Shown here: positions 39,286 to 52,205 of the stretch, in pieces | Position numbering within the stretch: position 1 is the stretch's first letter | Layout: each line of letters opens with the position of its first letter | DNA from: Schmidtea polychroa | Taxonomy: Eukaryota | Reading direction: 5' to 3' | Assembly (NCBI GenBank): GCA_044892525.1 | Contig: CM097888.1 | Span: 89,714,001 to 89,778,000, forward strand | Length of the DNA stretch: 64,000 nt | Translations under genes and position numbers: made by a program | The notes under the pieces: model-generated | Seen by the model: only the letters and a program-made list of their open reading frames with translations | Databases searched by the model: none | Told to the model about the DNA's origin: nothing

Positions 39286-42177
39286 ATTAAGTAAACTCAT
39301 AAAAAGTGGAATTAATTACTGGAACTTGCATTACATAACAAATTGAATTGCAATAAAGGAGTTTACAAAATAGCAAAGAATTTCAAACACTTACATTACA
39401 AATCCATTTCAAATCAGTTTCCATTCCCATATAATTCTAAATATCCTTCATATAATTATACTTAATATAGTAAAATATTTACAATAAATATTCTGTTATA
39501 CAAATCCATCGACGATATTCTACTGAAAACTTGCAATTTCCGGTTAAAAATTTAAAACAATACATTTGCATTAACTTAAATAATTTAAAAATTGTATTGA
39601 ATAATATTAAAACAAAATGTTTTACAAAATTTTAACTAAATTATATATTTAAATTAATTATAAAAATATATAATACTTATTTTACAAAATAAAATTTGTG
39701 ACCCTTTGAACATCAAATTCATCATCTGCGATAAAATTCTCCTCACCCCCTTGTAAAATATGTAGTCTTTTCCAAACTTTTTAAGGAAGTCTTCAAAAAA
39801 TATTTTTATCAGATACGACTAAAATGAATATCATAAAGCTTACTGTCAGAGGTCCAAAATATTTAAAACCATGCCATATTTAGTGATTGTCGTATCGCAA
39901 ACGCATTTGATTAAATCCAAAAATGTTGAAGGAAAAAACCCGGATTTACGGGAAATTTTAAAATTCCTTTTTTGTCAATCATAATAAAACGATCAAAATA
40001 TTTAGAAAACTTATTTTAATATCAAAAGTAAATTCAATTTTAACAAATAGGGTCGATCCTTATGGTTGTTTCTCTTTCCCGCATTGATTCATTTAGAATG
40101 TGTTTTCTTTTGGCATCTTTTCTTCCGTGAAAATCAAGACTTTCAAATTTATATTTACTAAGTAAGATTCCAGAGCTTTTCATAAAAGTTCACAATCGAT
40201 CTCAAGGAAGATTTATATATTGTTTGTCGAACATGAGTTGGATCTTAATAATTAATTTCAACTAGCTACTTTGCAATCATGGTAAATTTCACAATTTGTT
40301 TAATATTCTAGTTTTCTGTTCATTTCTATTGTAAATATTTTCCCCTACTTTATTTGCTGATCTTTATTTACAAATCTGACATTGTTGCAGCGACTGGTAA
40401 TGGTGCAAGCATTATGATTGACTCTAGAGTAAATGACCGACGAGGTAGGCAAACTTGAATTATTGACGATAAGTAGAGATTGAAATAATAATTAGACAGA
40501 TTTCCAAAAATAACATCTGCAGAAAACTAGAATATTCTATAAAAATAAAGAAACTTACCTTGAATGCCAAGTAGTATGTGGAAATTAACTAATAGGAAGC
40601 CAACTCATATCCGACAAACAAATGGAAATCTTCCTTGAGATAGACTGCGAATTTTTATGAAGAGTTCGGGAATCTTACGTTTTATTGATAAGTTTGAAAG
40701 CCTTGATTTTCGAGGAAGTAAAGATGTCAATAGAAAACAACACTCTAAATAAATGAATGCGGGGAAAATGCACAACAAAAAAAAATCAACGAAAAAGAAA
40801 TTTAAAAATATCCAGTAAAAATCGAGGGTTTTCCCTTCTTCGTTTTTGATTTTAATCATATGCGTTTGCTATTCAATAATTAATAAATATCACCTGGTTT
40901 AAAATATTCTGGGCCTCTGACAGTGAGCTTAATGATATTCTATTTATTCGTGTCTGATAAAACAAAATTTTGTTGACTTTCTTTAAAATTTTGGAAAAGA
41001 CAAAACTAAAAATACCTTTTTGAAACACATGTATGATAAATCTATATATTTTAGAAGTGGGTTACGAGTATTTTATCGTAAATAATGAATTTGACATTTA
41101 AAAGGTCACAAATTTTATTTTATAAAATAAGTAATATATATTTTTATTAATAATTTGAATATATTATTTAGTTAAAATTTTGTAAAACATTTTGTTTTAA
41201 TATTATTCAATACAATTTTTAAATTATTTAAGTTAATGTAAATGTATCGTTTTCAATTTTTAACCGGAAATTGCAAGTGCCTACAGAGACTTAAAAATTT
41301 TAACTTAAAAATCAAATGTTAGAATTTTGATGTTACAAAACAGTAAAGAAATGTTATTTATTATATTAGTTACAATATCAAGATAACATAAAAAAATTTT
41401 TACCATTTTTTGCCATGGACCCCAGGTTATGAACCACTGTTCTAAATGAATGAATGCGGAGAAAATGCACTGCAAAAACAAATCAACGAAAAAGAAATTT
41501 AAAAATATCGTGTAAAAATCGAGGGTTTTCCCTTCTTCGTTTTTGATTTTATTCATATGCGTTTGCTATTCAACAATCATTAAATATCACCTGGTTTAAA
41601 ATATTCTGGACCTCTGACAGTGAGCCTAATGATATTCTATTTATTCGTGTCTGATAAAACAAAATTTTGATTACTTCCTTAAAATTTTGGAAAAGACAAA
41701 ACTAAAATTTAATTTTTGAAACACATTTTATCGTAAATGATGAATTTGATGTTCAAAGGGTTACAAATTTTATTTTATAAAAACGTAATATATATTTTTA
41801 TTAATAATTTGAATATATAATTTAGTTAAAATTTTGTAAAACATTTTGTTTTAATATTATTCAATACAATTTTAAATTATTTAAGTTAATGCAAATGTAA
41901 TGTTTTCAATTTTTAACTAGAAATTGCAAGTTTTCAGTAGAATATCGTCGTTGGACTTGTATAACAGAATATTTATTGTAAATATTTTACTATATTAAGC
42001 ATAATTATATTAAGGATATTTAGAATTATATGGGAATAGAAACTGATTTGAAATGGATTTGTAATGGAAGTGTTTGAAATTCTTTGCTATTTTGTAAACT
42101 CCTTTATTGCAATTAAATTTGTTATGTAATGCAAGTTCCAGTAATTAATTCCACCTTTTAAGAGTTTACTTAATTTG
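39286..42177. repeat. Large diverged palindrome (inverted duplication), with a ~700-bp tandem duplication in the right arm
   Basis: 39286-~39975 is the reverse complement of ~41490-42177; 40110-40265 of ~40585-40730; 40305-40322 of ~40518-40535; ~40730-41280 repeats ~41440-41930. No TSD found. Confidence 0.85.
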
Positions 42178-42714
42178 TCAGAAGATTTTAAATCTATTTA
42201 TATGAATTATTGATAAAATTGATTCAAAGCAAGCGGAAAACATTCATATTATTTCCCTTTTACCAATTAGTGAATGGCTGGTGAGCATCAATCAGATATT
42301 AATATATAATAATAATGATAATAATATTGCATAATGTTATATTGTTTTGATAATTTGGTAATTATCTTTTTATATTAATGAATTTAATATTTAATAATCG
42401 GCTTGCTTGAGAACGCAAGGGGGGAGGAGAGGGACAGATGGGATTAGGCTGGTTATTATTAATGGCCTTTAATTGAATTTGAGTCGGTGCTTGCTGAATC
42501 CAAGGTCCAATCGCGATTATTGATTATAAAGTGCATTTATTGATTCGTGGGTCATGGGTTCGCCATCACTGTCATAGATCAAAGATGGAAAGTGAAACCA
42601 ATTGAGTGAATTAAATGTGCAATTATTGATTAAAAAGTGCAAATATTGATTTAAAAGTGAATTAATTGTTTTTGTGGTCAACAAATGACTTTAATAAAAA
42701 GAAATAATATTACA

Positions 42715-42850
42715 GATGGATATACTTATAGATGTCCAAGAAAATGTTCTTCCTGCAGTGTAAGGAAAAATTCTTTTTTTGAGAAATCAAAGATGCCACT
42801 TTTTACATTGCTTCTTTTGACTTATTTTTTGGGTATTGGGGGTGCCTAGC
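42715..42850 (+). mobile_element. Merlin (IS1016/IS1595-like) transposase N-terminal fragment
   Basis: DGYTYRCPRKCSSCSVRKNSFFEKSKMPL matches the DGxxWRC..C..SIRxxSFF..SK pattern of Merlin transposases. Confidence 0.65.
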
Positions 42851-43362
42851 AATATATATTTACTACAGCAATATGTATTACCTGCTGATAAAGTTAAATA
42901 TACTTCTAACATTTCAAATTGATGGGGAAATTATTCATGAATTTATTAACATTCGAAAATGTTAAATAATAATTTACAAATTTGAATTTGTTGTGTAATG
43001 TTATGTTAATTTGCATTTCAACTTTTATTTGATTTTCATTTTGACTTTTAAAATTTTTAATAATTATTTCTTGTTTTTGGATTCTTTAGACATTTTTATG
43101 ACGAATCGTTATTATTACTCAATTATTTAAGAGTTTTTTCAAAATTTTTAAAGATACTTAAAGAAAGTTTTAATTAATTTCAATTAAGGTCAAATTTTGT
43201 TTAAGTTATTCAAATGTTCATTTTTCACACGTGATTATTTTTTGGATTTTAATTTCATAATTTATTCACAATGGGGAATTTTTTATTGATAATATTATTA
43301 TATCAGCAGTTAACACTTGGTAATATATATTATTATGGCTCACGGAATGATTCTCATTGCAG

Positions 43363-46300
43363 CTGAGTACCATATCAAGGAGGGCAAGAGTGACAGCTAC
43401 TTATACTATGAGATCAATGCTGTGAATGAAATGAATTATCAGATCAAATTGAATATCACTCTCAATAAGATAGAAGGAACTTTATTATATATGATTGATA
43501 AATATGGCAATCAGTTGATAATTAACCTTTATAATGAGCTGGAGGAGAGGATGATAATGGAATTCAGGGGGGAATCGCATTATGCAACTCTATCTGAATT
43601 GTGTAAGGGATAAATTGGAATATTGATTGAGGGGGGTGATAAATTATGCTTTGCATTCAGGTGGATGCGTGAGATGCAAATATCGATTGATCGAGTTGAT
43701 GGTGTCCATTACTGATCGGATCAACATCCAATGCAATGATCAGCCATATAAATCATTCAGATATTCCCATAGGAAATTGATCAATAATGGTGAGTATTGT
43801 TGACCAATAGGAATGAGACAATTTTCTGATTGGTTATTAAGTTTCTATGCCTAATTTAATGTAGGCAGTATTGGCTACCAAATAGGCTATGTAAGCATTG
43901 TTATTAAACACCGCATCAAAGGTATAATATTGAGTTGATACTCATTGAAAGAAAATACAAATAAAATGGAGAAAAACTTTGCTAAACATTTAGGTTACAT
44001 TAGGGTGAGGCGCACTTTTGAGGTTATAACTGGCTAATGTTATTGAAATTTAAATATTCAATCAATTAGACTTTTAGTAACAGTGAGTCAACATTATGGC
44101 TGGTCAACACTCCTAGCCTTGGTGATGGCCAGCATTACCCTAACCCTGAGCAATTGGTGGGCTGCATCCATGAGATATCATTCAATGGCAACCCATTGCA
44201 AATGGCGATAAATGGCACTGAAATCTCCACCAAATGCCCAAAAGCGTGCGTCAATGACGTGTGCAATGCTGGCGTATGTCATGAAATATTTGTAAAATTG
44301 TGGTGGAGGGGCCAAGCTCATCTCCAGTAAAACTAAATTGTAATTAATAATATCAATTTATCAAAGATGGCCAAAGCTAAGTGATGGAACGGAGAGGGTA
44401 AAGAAATTTGAAAATAGAATTACGTTTGAATAATAATGAAAGAAAGAAAATAATTTGTAAATATTGAGGTCAGCTTAGCTTTCTCCATCCCTGAGCAAGA
44501 TAATATGATGAGGGTTTCTGAATGATGTTTGTGATGATATTGTCGGTACTTTTACATTATCCCCCCTAATTTAGTTATTATAATATAATTGAAATTTAAA
44601 TAATACAATCAATATAAAAATTAATAATAAAGTAAAAACTTCATCAATTATTTTTATTAACCGGCATAAATTCACTTAGATGTTGGATCATATTACCAAA
44701 TAAGTCATCTCAAGTACCATTTGCAATTTTGTCTCCTTTTCGCTTTACCCTACATATTCTCAACGTTTTCAGTATGCGCACCAGTTAATTCATTAACACA
44801 ATTGTACAAATGATTGTTATATGTTCATAATCTGATCTTGAATGTCATTATACGCCGCCCAACATCAGAAATAATTGTCGTGCCTGGTGCAATTCGTTCA
44901 CGTATAATTGCCATAAGAGTTATTTTGTCCCGACGCAGCACAGCACAAGAAAGAATTCTTTGGAACCACGCTCCCTACCCCCCCCCTACCCTCCCCACTG
45001 ATAAGAAGAAAATCGTCCAACTTTATATTTTCGTTTGACGAACAAAGACTCATCAATTTCAACAATTGTACCGGGTTCACCGATAATCTCCGAATTTTCG
45101 AATAGATTCACCGTGCACACTTCAAACCATCCCAATGCGAGGTGCGTGTATTTGAATCTTCAAATACTACACCAACCGGCAATTGATTATCATCAAATGG
45201 CCATTGATTTGCATATTTAATAATATAAATATTAACTTACCTATAATGTGTGTGTGTGTGTATGTCATAGCCAGAAGGGACATTGAATTAGCTAGGTGAC
45301 ATTAAATTGGCTATTACACTATAGAAAGATAGAAAAAATCGCTGTTGGAAGAAAAATAAATAAATACATACAAACACGGTTCACAAAATTCTATAATAAA
45401 AAATACACACTATATGACATTGATTTATCATGCGGACATTCATTTAGCTTAAAATTTTCAATTTAAAATTAATTAATTATAAAAAAATATCCGAGAATAT
45501 GTCAGAAACTTCATCAGAATCGACTATTGCATTTCAAGAAATTCATAGATGAATGCTCTTCAATACATGGACGAGCAAGAGATTCGGTAGATCACGAGTA
45601 GACAATAGAATTTATAACAATATGCCAACAAATCGAGGTCCCAATATCCAAAGATGAGCTAATCCATTTACAATAATATATCTTCATTGACTATTCAAAT
45701 AGAAAAGTTGACATATAATCCATTTTTGAACCCCATCGAAAGTGTTGAGCAAAATTAAAAATGGGGTAAGGACTAAAGTTTCTTCGGTTGATGGATTTTC
45801 CAGACAGATTTACCTTGAATGAATGATTTACTGCAATATCCCAAGCAGTTAACGAGGAACTTCGAAAACCAGATCATAATAATTTCCAAAATCATATTAA
45901 TAATCATATTAAAGATGCTTCCCTAAATACTTGATATTTTAGGTGAACTATGAAATATTTAATGCATATTATAATAAATAAATAAATATCTTACTTCTTT
46001 ATTCATTATTTTAAAAAATCTTAACATTAACTAAAATCCAAAACAAAGCTTATTTGACATAGCTAAATGAATCTCTCATTTATGATAATCAAATGCGCTT
46101 TCGTGTATATTCCTTTGCACATGCTTTTCTACATTTCCATTTTAAACCAAAATTTACTCTTAAAACATTATTTTCGTTTCATAAAGTTTCCACAAGATCC
46201 ACAAATTTTCGCTTTCTTGATTAAGTTGAATGATCGCAAAATGTTAATGTAGTTACCTTGGAATGTTCTATGTAAGTCTTCTGAATTGATAGCTCTGAGA

Positions 46301-47168
46301 GGAGTTATGGATCCAGTCAACATTGGGTAAATATTTAGTTAATATTGATTGTATTATTTAAAATTCAATTATATTTCAATTACTAAATTAGCGGGGGGGG
46401 GGGGGGAATAATGCAAAAATACCATATTGTCAATGTAATGAAATATTAAATGGGATATTATGGAATTATATTGAATAAATGTTCATGTTTAGCTTATCCA
46501 ATCCAGGTGAAATTTGATAAATTCCAAGCAGCATTATGGCTGGTCAACACTCCTAGCCTTGGTGATGGCCAGCATTACCCTAACCCTGAGCAATTGGTGG
46601 GCTGCATCCATGAGATATCATTCAATGGAAACCCATTGCAAATGGCGATATCTGGCACTGCAATCTCCACCAAATGCCCAAAAGCGTGCGTCAATGACGT
46701 TTGCAATGCTGGCGTATGCCATGAAACATATAGCATAAAGCCATTCTGTGATTGCACTGATTCCTTCCTGAATGGTCCATTCTGCAATTCAAGTGAGTAA
46801 ATGAAATTGTTTCCTGAATATTTTGCTGCCTTAATTTATCTGATTCGCATTTGTTATTGATATGGGATGATTTGGGGGGGGGGCGGTTCACTTGTGTGTT
46901 TGCTATTGGCTATGAGTTATTATTGAATCACTTGATCCCGCTTCCCTGTCCATGAGCAGTAATAAATCATGAAATATATTAGCACAAATGGCCTAGCTCT
47001 GATTCAATCAATATTTGAATTATTATCATCTCATTATTTGTTTAAATATTCAGGTGGATCAGATGAGATGGATCAGAACTGGAAATATCCCCATGAAACC
47101 TTCCAATCTCAATTTATCAAAATTTCATGGCAAAATCTTTCTGATGGCATTTTTGGCATTGACAACGG
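43363..47168 (+). CDS. Laminin-G/EGF extracellular protein (neurexin/CASPR-like architecture); exons 43363-43602, 43661-43789, 46493-46792, 47054-47168
   Basis: Four GT-AG-bounded open exons with matching phase-1 junctions; LVGCIHEISFNG (LamG end) followed by EGF CVNDVCNAGVCHETYSIKPFCDCTDSFLNGPFC. Orthology cannot be assigned. Confidence 0.75.
44092..44286 (+). pseudogene. Partial duplicate of the LamG/EGF exon (copy of 46532-46726)
   Basis: 195 bp, 6 mismatches counted, offset 2440 bp; lacks the original acceptor and the second half of the EGF. Confidence 0.85.
44545..46423 (-). mobile_element. Merlin DNA transposon, full ends, degenerate transposase, with a nested insertion
   Basis: GGTA..TACC TIRs (~90 bp, imperfect); exact 8-bp TSD ATATTGTC (44537-44544, 46424-46431); minus-strand remnants KICGSCGNFM..WKCRKAC, IGEPGTIVEIDESLFVKRKY, IAPGTTIISD, TGAHTENVEN. 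Confidence 0.9.
45700..45920 (+). mobile_element. IS630/Tc1-type DDE transposase remnant nested in the Merlin
   Basis: YNPFLNPIESV then (frameshift) SKIKNGVR resembles the YSPxLNPIExxWSKxKxxVR motif. Confidence 0.55.
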
Positions 47169-47529
47169 GTAAATATTATTTATTTTGTTTTAATTATTGT
47201 TTAAATGAATTTCAATATATCCAGTTTTATCCCAGGCATTTGTTTCATGAATTGATGAATTATTTGATGAATTAATACAAGTAATACATGCATTCATGCA
47301 ATGTCCCATAACCCTGGATATCAAGGGTTCCGTTATTTCTCTAACTTTTCATTTTAAATATCTATATTTAGTTGCACTTTGTTCGTATGCGATTAACATT
47401 TCAACAATAAATGACCATTAATTTGTCTCTCACATATTTCCTATAAATAGCTTTATATTTTTTAATCAAAACTTATAATTCGGAATAATACTAAATATTT
47501 ATTTATGTAAAATGAAAATAATATTTATG

Positions 47530-47589
<60 letters not shown>

Positions 47590-47602
47590 GTAATAATAAT
47601 AA
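47530..47602. repeat. (AAT)n microsatellite
   Basis: Direct reading. Confidence 0.95.
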
Positions 47603-48995
47603 ATATATTATAGAACATTGCTATATATTTCCACCATTTATATGTTTCCTTCAGGCTAATAATCGTATTAATAATAACTAAATGAAAATATTATATTTAT
47701 TAAAAAGCTTTCCTATGAATCAATAAATATATCAAAAATCATCGATATATTGATTGATTCATAGTCAAGCTTATTAATAAATATAATGTCAATTGAAAAG
47801 AAATCAGTGGTAAAAATTGAAAAAAGTTCTTATAATAAACGAATATTTAAACAACTTAATCAATAATAATAATCGTAATCAAATTGTATCAAAATATTTT
47901 AATAATTTTTTCCTTTATGGAGAAATAAACATTCTTTAATCAAATAGAAATTTTTTTTAGAAAATTACAAATTTATATATATATATATATATATTAATTT
48001 TGATATTTTATATACCTTCAAGGAACATTTCGCTGAATGTCTATGATAAAAAAAATTATCTTTACCTTTTATATCACGACAAAACTGAAGCGTTTATTTC
48101 AAACAAAAGTGAGATTTTAATANNNNNNNNNNNNNNNNNNNNNNNNNNNNNNNNNNNNNNNNNNNNNNNNNNNNNNNNNNNNNNNNNNNNNNNNNNNNNN
48201 NNNNNNNNNNNNNNNNNNNNNNNNNNNNNNNNNNNNNNNNNNNNNNNNNNNNNNNTAAAAATGCTATATATTCAGCAATAACTGATAAATATCAACCGCA
48301 TCAAATTAGTCAGCTGTATTTTACATTTAGTGTAAATATCATTATAAAAGTAATTTTTATTTTCTTTATTTGTTTGTTTAAGTGTATAAATATTTATTCT
48401 TTATTATATGATTACTATCCATTATTATTTATTATGTTAATGTATTTGTGATCCAATGTATCCTAATTGATCCAATGCATATTGATTATTGCACCTAAAC
48501 ATGTAAACTAGTCAATAAATATATATATATATGTAAATCTATACCATCCCAATGTCAACCTGTCATCAGCACAGATTCAAACCCTTCCATTACAGGAGGA
48601 GCTCTTCATACAGTGAATTATCAAATAGTTTGTTGAAGAAATATTTATTCTACTTTCCTCTAAATTCCCCTTGATCCCTCGTGAGCAGTACAGGGAATGT
48701 AGCACCTATCTGAACCTATTACTGAGAACAGATACATTTTTAAAAAATATTAAAAATTTAAATTTCTATTTTTTGCAAAAAATCAAATGTAGAAGAGAGA
48801 AAAGAAAAATGAAATTAGACAAAAAGATAGAAGAAACATCAGTTAAATTTAGTATTGGAGTATACAGGAGTTATATTAGATGGCAATGTTGTGTCCCATT
48901 AACCTCTGCCCAACAATTTATTGTCCATTAGGCTAAGTTTTGGCAACCGATTAAGCTGACATTCAGCTGGGTACCCTTTGATTAATGGTTTAGCT

Positions 48996-49575
48996 CAGGG
49001 GTTCCCAAACTTTTACCAGTCGAGACCCACTATTTAGACCGCAAAGTTTTCGCGACCCACCTGTAAATAAAACAAGAAAAAAGCTAAAAATGTTGATTTA
49101 CATATTTATTTAACACGCATATTTAAGAATAATTAATAGGATGAATGAGATGAATGAGCCTGCTTTCTATTTTTTGCAATAACATCTTCGACATTTACTT
49201 TTATATTTGTTGTTATTAAGCGAAGTGAGTTTGATAGCTGTAATTTGTTGCGATATTTATTTTTTATTGCAATCATTGACGAAAATGCAACCTCGCATAG
49301 ATAAGAAGTTGTGAAAGGAAGCAATACTTTTAACGCTGCGGTGTGTAAAGTTGGATATGTGTTTTGCACCGATAACCAAAACTGTAACAATTTCGTACCG
49401 TCAAAATGTAATTTAACAACACTATCTTCGAATAGCTCAATTAATTCCTCATCCGCTATCGTCGATATACCGGTAACTAAACCACTTTGAATACAAATAT
49501 TAAATTTTTGGCGACACACCGAAAATAGCTTCGCGACCCACCAGTGGGTCGCGACCCACACTTTGGGAACCGCTG
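48996..49575 (-). mobile_element. Buster-type hAT deletion derivative, 580 bp, retaining the transposase C-terminus
   Basis: TIRs CAGGGGTTCCCAAAC / CAGCGGTTCCCAAAG; exact 8-bp TSD GTTTAGCT with central TA (48988-48995, 49576-49583); LLPFTTSYLCEVAFS..KNKYRNKL..QAHSSH. Confidence 0.95.
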
Positions 49576-50061
49576 GTTTAGCTTACAATCAATTTATTAA
49601 TTAATTTGTTTTTGGCCTCGTGACTTTTCTATAGATCTTTAATCAGTTAAAATCTTTTCATTCATCTACAAAATCTCAGTTGTTAACGGTTACCAGTTAA
49701 CCACCCACCCCTAACCCTATTTTATAAGGCTTTGTATAAATATTTCCGCGATTGACANNNNNNNNNNNNNNNNNNNNNNNNNNNNNNNNNNNNNNNNNNN
49801 NNNNNNNNNNNNNNNNNNNNNNNNNNNNNNNNNNNNNNNNNNNNNNNNNNNNNNNNNNNNNNNNNNNNNNNNNNNNNNNNNNNNNNNNNNNNNNNNNNNN
49901 NNNNNNNNNNNNNNNNNNNNNNNNNNNNNNNNNNNNNNNNNNNNNNNNNNNNNNNNNNNNNNNNNNNNNNNNNNNNNNNNNNNNNNNNNNNNNNNNNNNN
50001 NNNNNNNNNNNNNNNNNNNNNNNNNNNNNNNNNNNNNNNNNNNNNNNNNNNNNNNNNNNNN

Positions 50062-50282
50062 AAAATAATTCTACAATAAATACAAAGTCATATGTTGCCA
50101 AAGATTTATCCAAAGAGCATTTCACATCAATCTCAATGCTGAGAGCTCCCGGATTCTTTGGTAATGCACTTTGTGATCATGTGAATGGTTATTATGAATT
50201 CCTCTAGACATTGTCCACAAATTGAGGCCCTCTCAATATCAATGGCTGCCCTTTCATCGCAAATTCTTTGTCAATAAAACTA
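50062..50282 (+). CDS. Two exons (50062-50160, 50208-50282), paralogous to 8716-8941
   Basis: 47-nt GT-AG intron 50161-50207; NNSTINTKSYVAKDLSKEHFTSISMLRAPGFF / DIVHKLRPSQYQWLPFHRKFFVNKT; gtaaaa donor at 50283. Confidence 0.65.
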
Positions 50283-52163
50283 GTAAAATCATATTTCTTA
50301 TAAATGTTTGCAATATATTTGTTATGGACCAGATTTGCACCTTTACTTTACTCCTCGCATTTTTAACCTTATTTTGAATTTTGAGTATTAATTTGATCCT
50401 TGATATCACTGATGAAGCTCAAGAAACAGTTTTCATATTTTGGTATTCCCATATTTTTGGTATATTCCCATATATTGGTATATTCTCGCTCCTGATTAAT
50501 CATAACAATATTAAATAATGAAAAATAAACACAAATAAATATTCCCTCACTATTTTAAAAAGGAAATTTATTTTTGTGACACCTTATAAAAATAAAGAAT
50601 AAAAAGTAAATTATACATTCGGGAAAATATTGTCCAATGAAATCATTCACAAACTTATTTGTTGTTTGACGATAATAGATCAATAAATTCTTAAGGTCAG
50701 CCATGAATTGTCAATGGTGCTTTATCACGTGATAATTAGCACATTCTTAATGAATAATTATAATAGATATATAGATACACCTGTTTGCACTGAATAAACG
50801 CACTTATAATGTAAGAATAAAATCAATACGTTTATATTATATAAACATACAAACTTACCTGTGTGTTGATTTTTAGCGTTGCAATGAATAAACGCATTTA
50901 ATATAGAAAGTGAGAAAGTGGTAGAAAAAATAAACTGACANNNNNNNNNNNNNNNNNNNNNNNNNNNNNNNNNNNNNNNNNNNNNNNNNNNNNNNNNNNN
51001 NNNNNNNNNNNNNNNNNNNNNNNNNNNNNNNNNNNNNNNNNNNNNNNNNNNNNNNNNNNNNNNNNNNNNNNNNNNNNNNNNNNNNNNNNNNNNNNNNNNN
51101 NNNNNNNCGCACTATAATAAATCATTTACAGACATTTTTAGAATTTTTCAGAAAAAAATGAAAGAAAATATTGTTATCGAAAATTCCGAAAACTCAACTG
51201 TGAGTTCTATAGATAATGAAGACATTATTTTGTATGATTTATCTTAAATTTTTAATAAATTTAATAGTTTTTTTTTGTTTAACATTGCACTGAAATCTCA
51301 ACTTTGCCGTCCGATGTTGGGAAAAAAACTAGAAAATCTTAAATTTGATTAACCTAAATTTAAAAAATATTTATATTGATTTTTATAATTTCGGGCGATT
51401 ATTACGAATTCGCAAAGAATCAATCAGAAATATAATTTATAAATATAAAAATTTAATAAATTGTATTAATAAATTAATAAACTATATTTGTTACTTAATT
51501 ACTTAATAGAATAATAATAAAACTCACATTATATTGAAATAATTTATAATAAAAAATGTTGATAAAAAATATTATATTGATCTCATATCTATATGAATCA
51601 ATATTCAAGCCTTAAAGTTTACTTTAAATAAAAATAAATTACTTGAAAGCCATTTGGCTAAATACAAAAAGTTAAAATAGTTAAATAAGTAGTTGAATGC
51701 AGTTACATTAACCACATGCATTCCAAAAAATTTGTACATACCAACCCATATTATAGATGCGTTTATTGAGTGCAAACGGGTGTATACATTTCCTCATTTC
51801 ATTGACAAATGCCTTGGAGCTGACATTGTGTGCTTGTAATAATGAAATATCCCAAAAAATAGGTCTTTACTTATGTGTTAATATTTTTTAAATGTTTTTT
51901 AGATATTCATTATTTATTTAAACGATTTGCAACGACTTTTATGTTTATTAATTTTGAGGTTAAAATTATGAATAAATTCGTTGAGAATTTTATTTATTTA
52001 TTCATTTATTTATTTTATCCCGGAATGAAGGAAATTAAATTATATCCAGATGTTTTGATAAATAAGTCAATGATAGGGTTAGAGATATAAGGGATTTATG
52101 GAGGAAGAAAGATATACCATTGCGACTAGAGGAAATGGTTCATCTTAGACACTTTCAAGTTAT

Positions 52164-52205
52164 TGGCGAGTCACTGGCGAGTCACTGGCGAGTCACTGGC
52201 GAGTT
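52164..52205. repeat. 11-bp tandem repeat (tggcgagtcac) x~3.8
   Basis: Direct reading. Confidence 0.85.

Noticed and set aside
42438-42530. Possible signal-peptide first exon (MGLGWLLLMA..) for the LamG/EGF gene
   Set aside because: Needs an assumed 1-nt frameshift; no independent support.
44814-45220. Plus-strand ORFs 44814-45038 and 45035-45220
   Set aside because: Antisense shadows of the Merlin transposase remnant.
46392-46406. Long G/C homopolymers (also ~1784-1794, ~52754-52765) as G-quadruplex elements
   Set aside because: Single runs within TE ends or repeats; homopolymer length is unreliable in a draft assembly.
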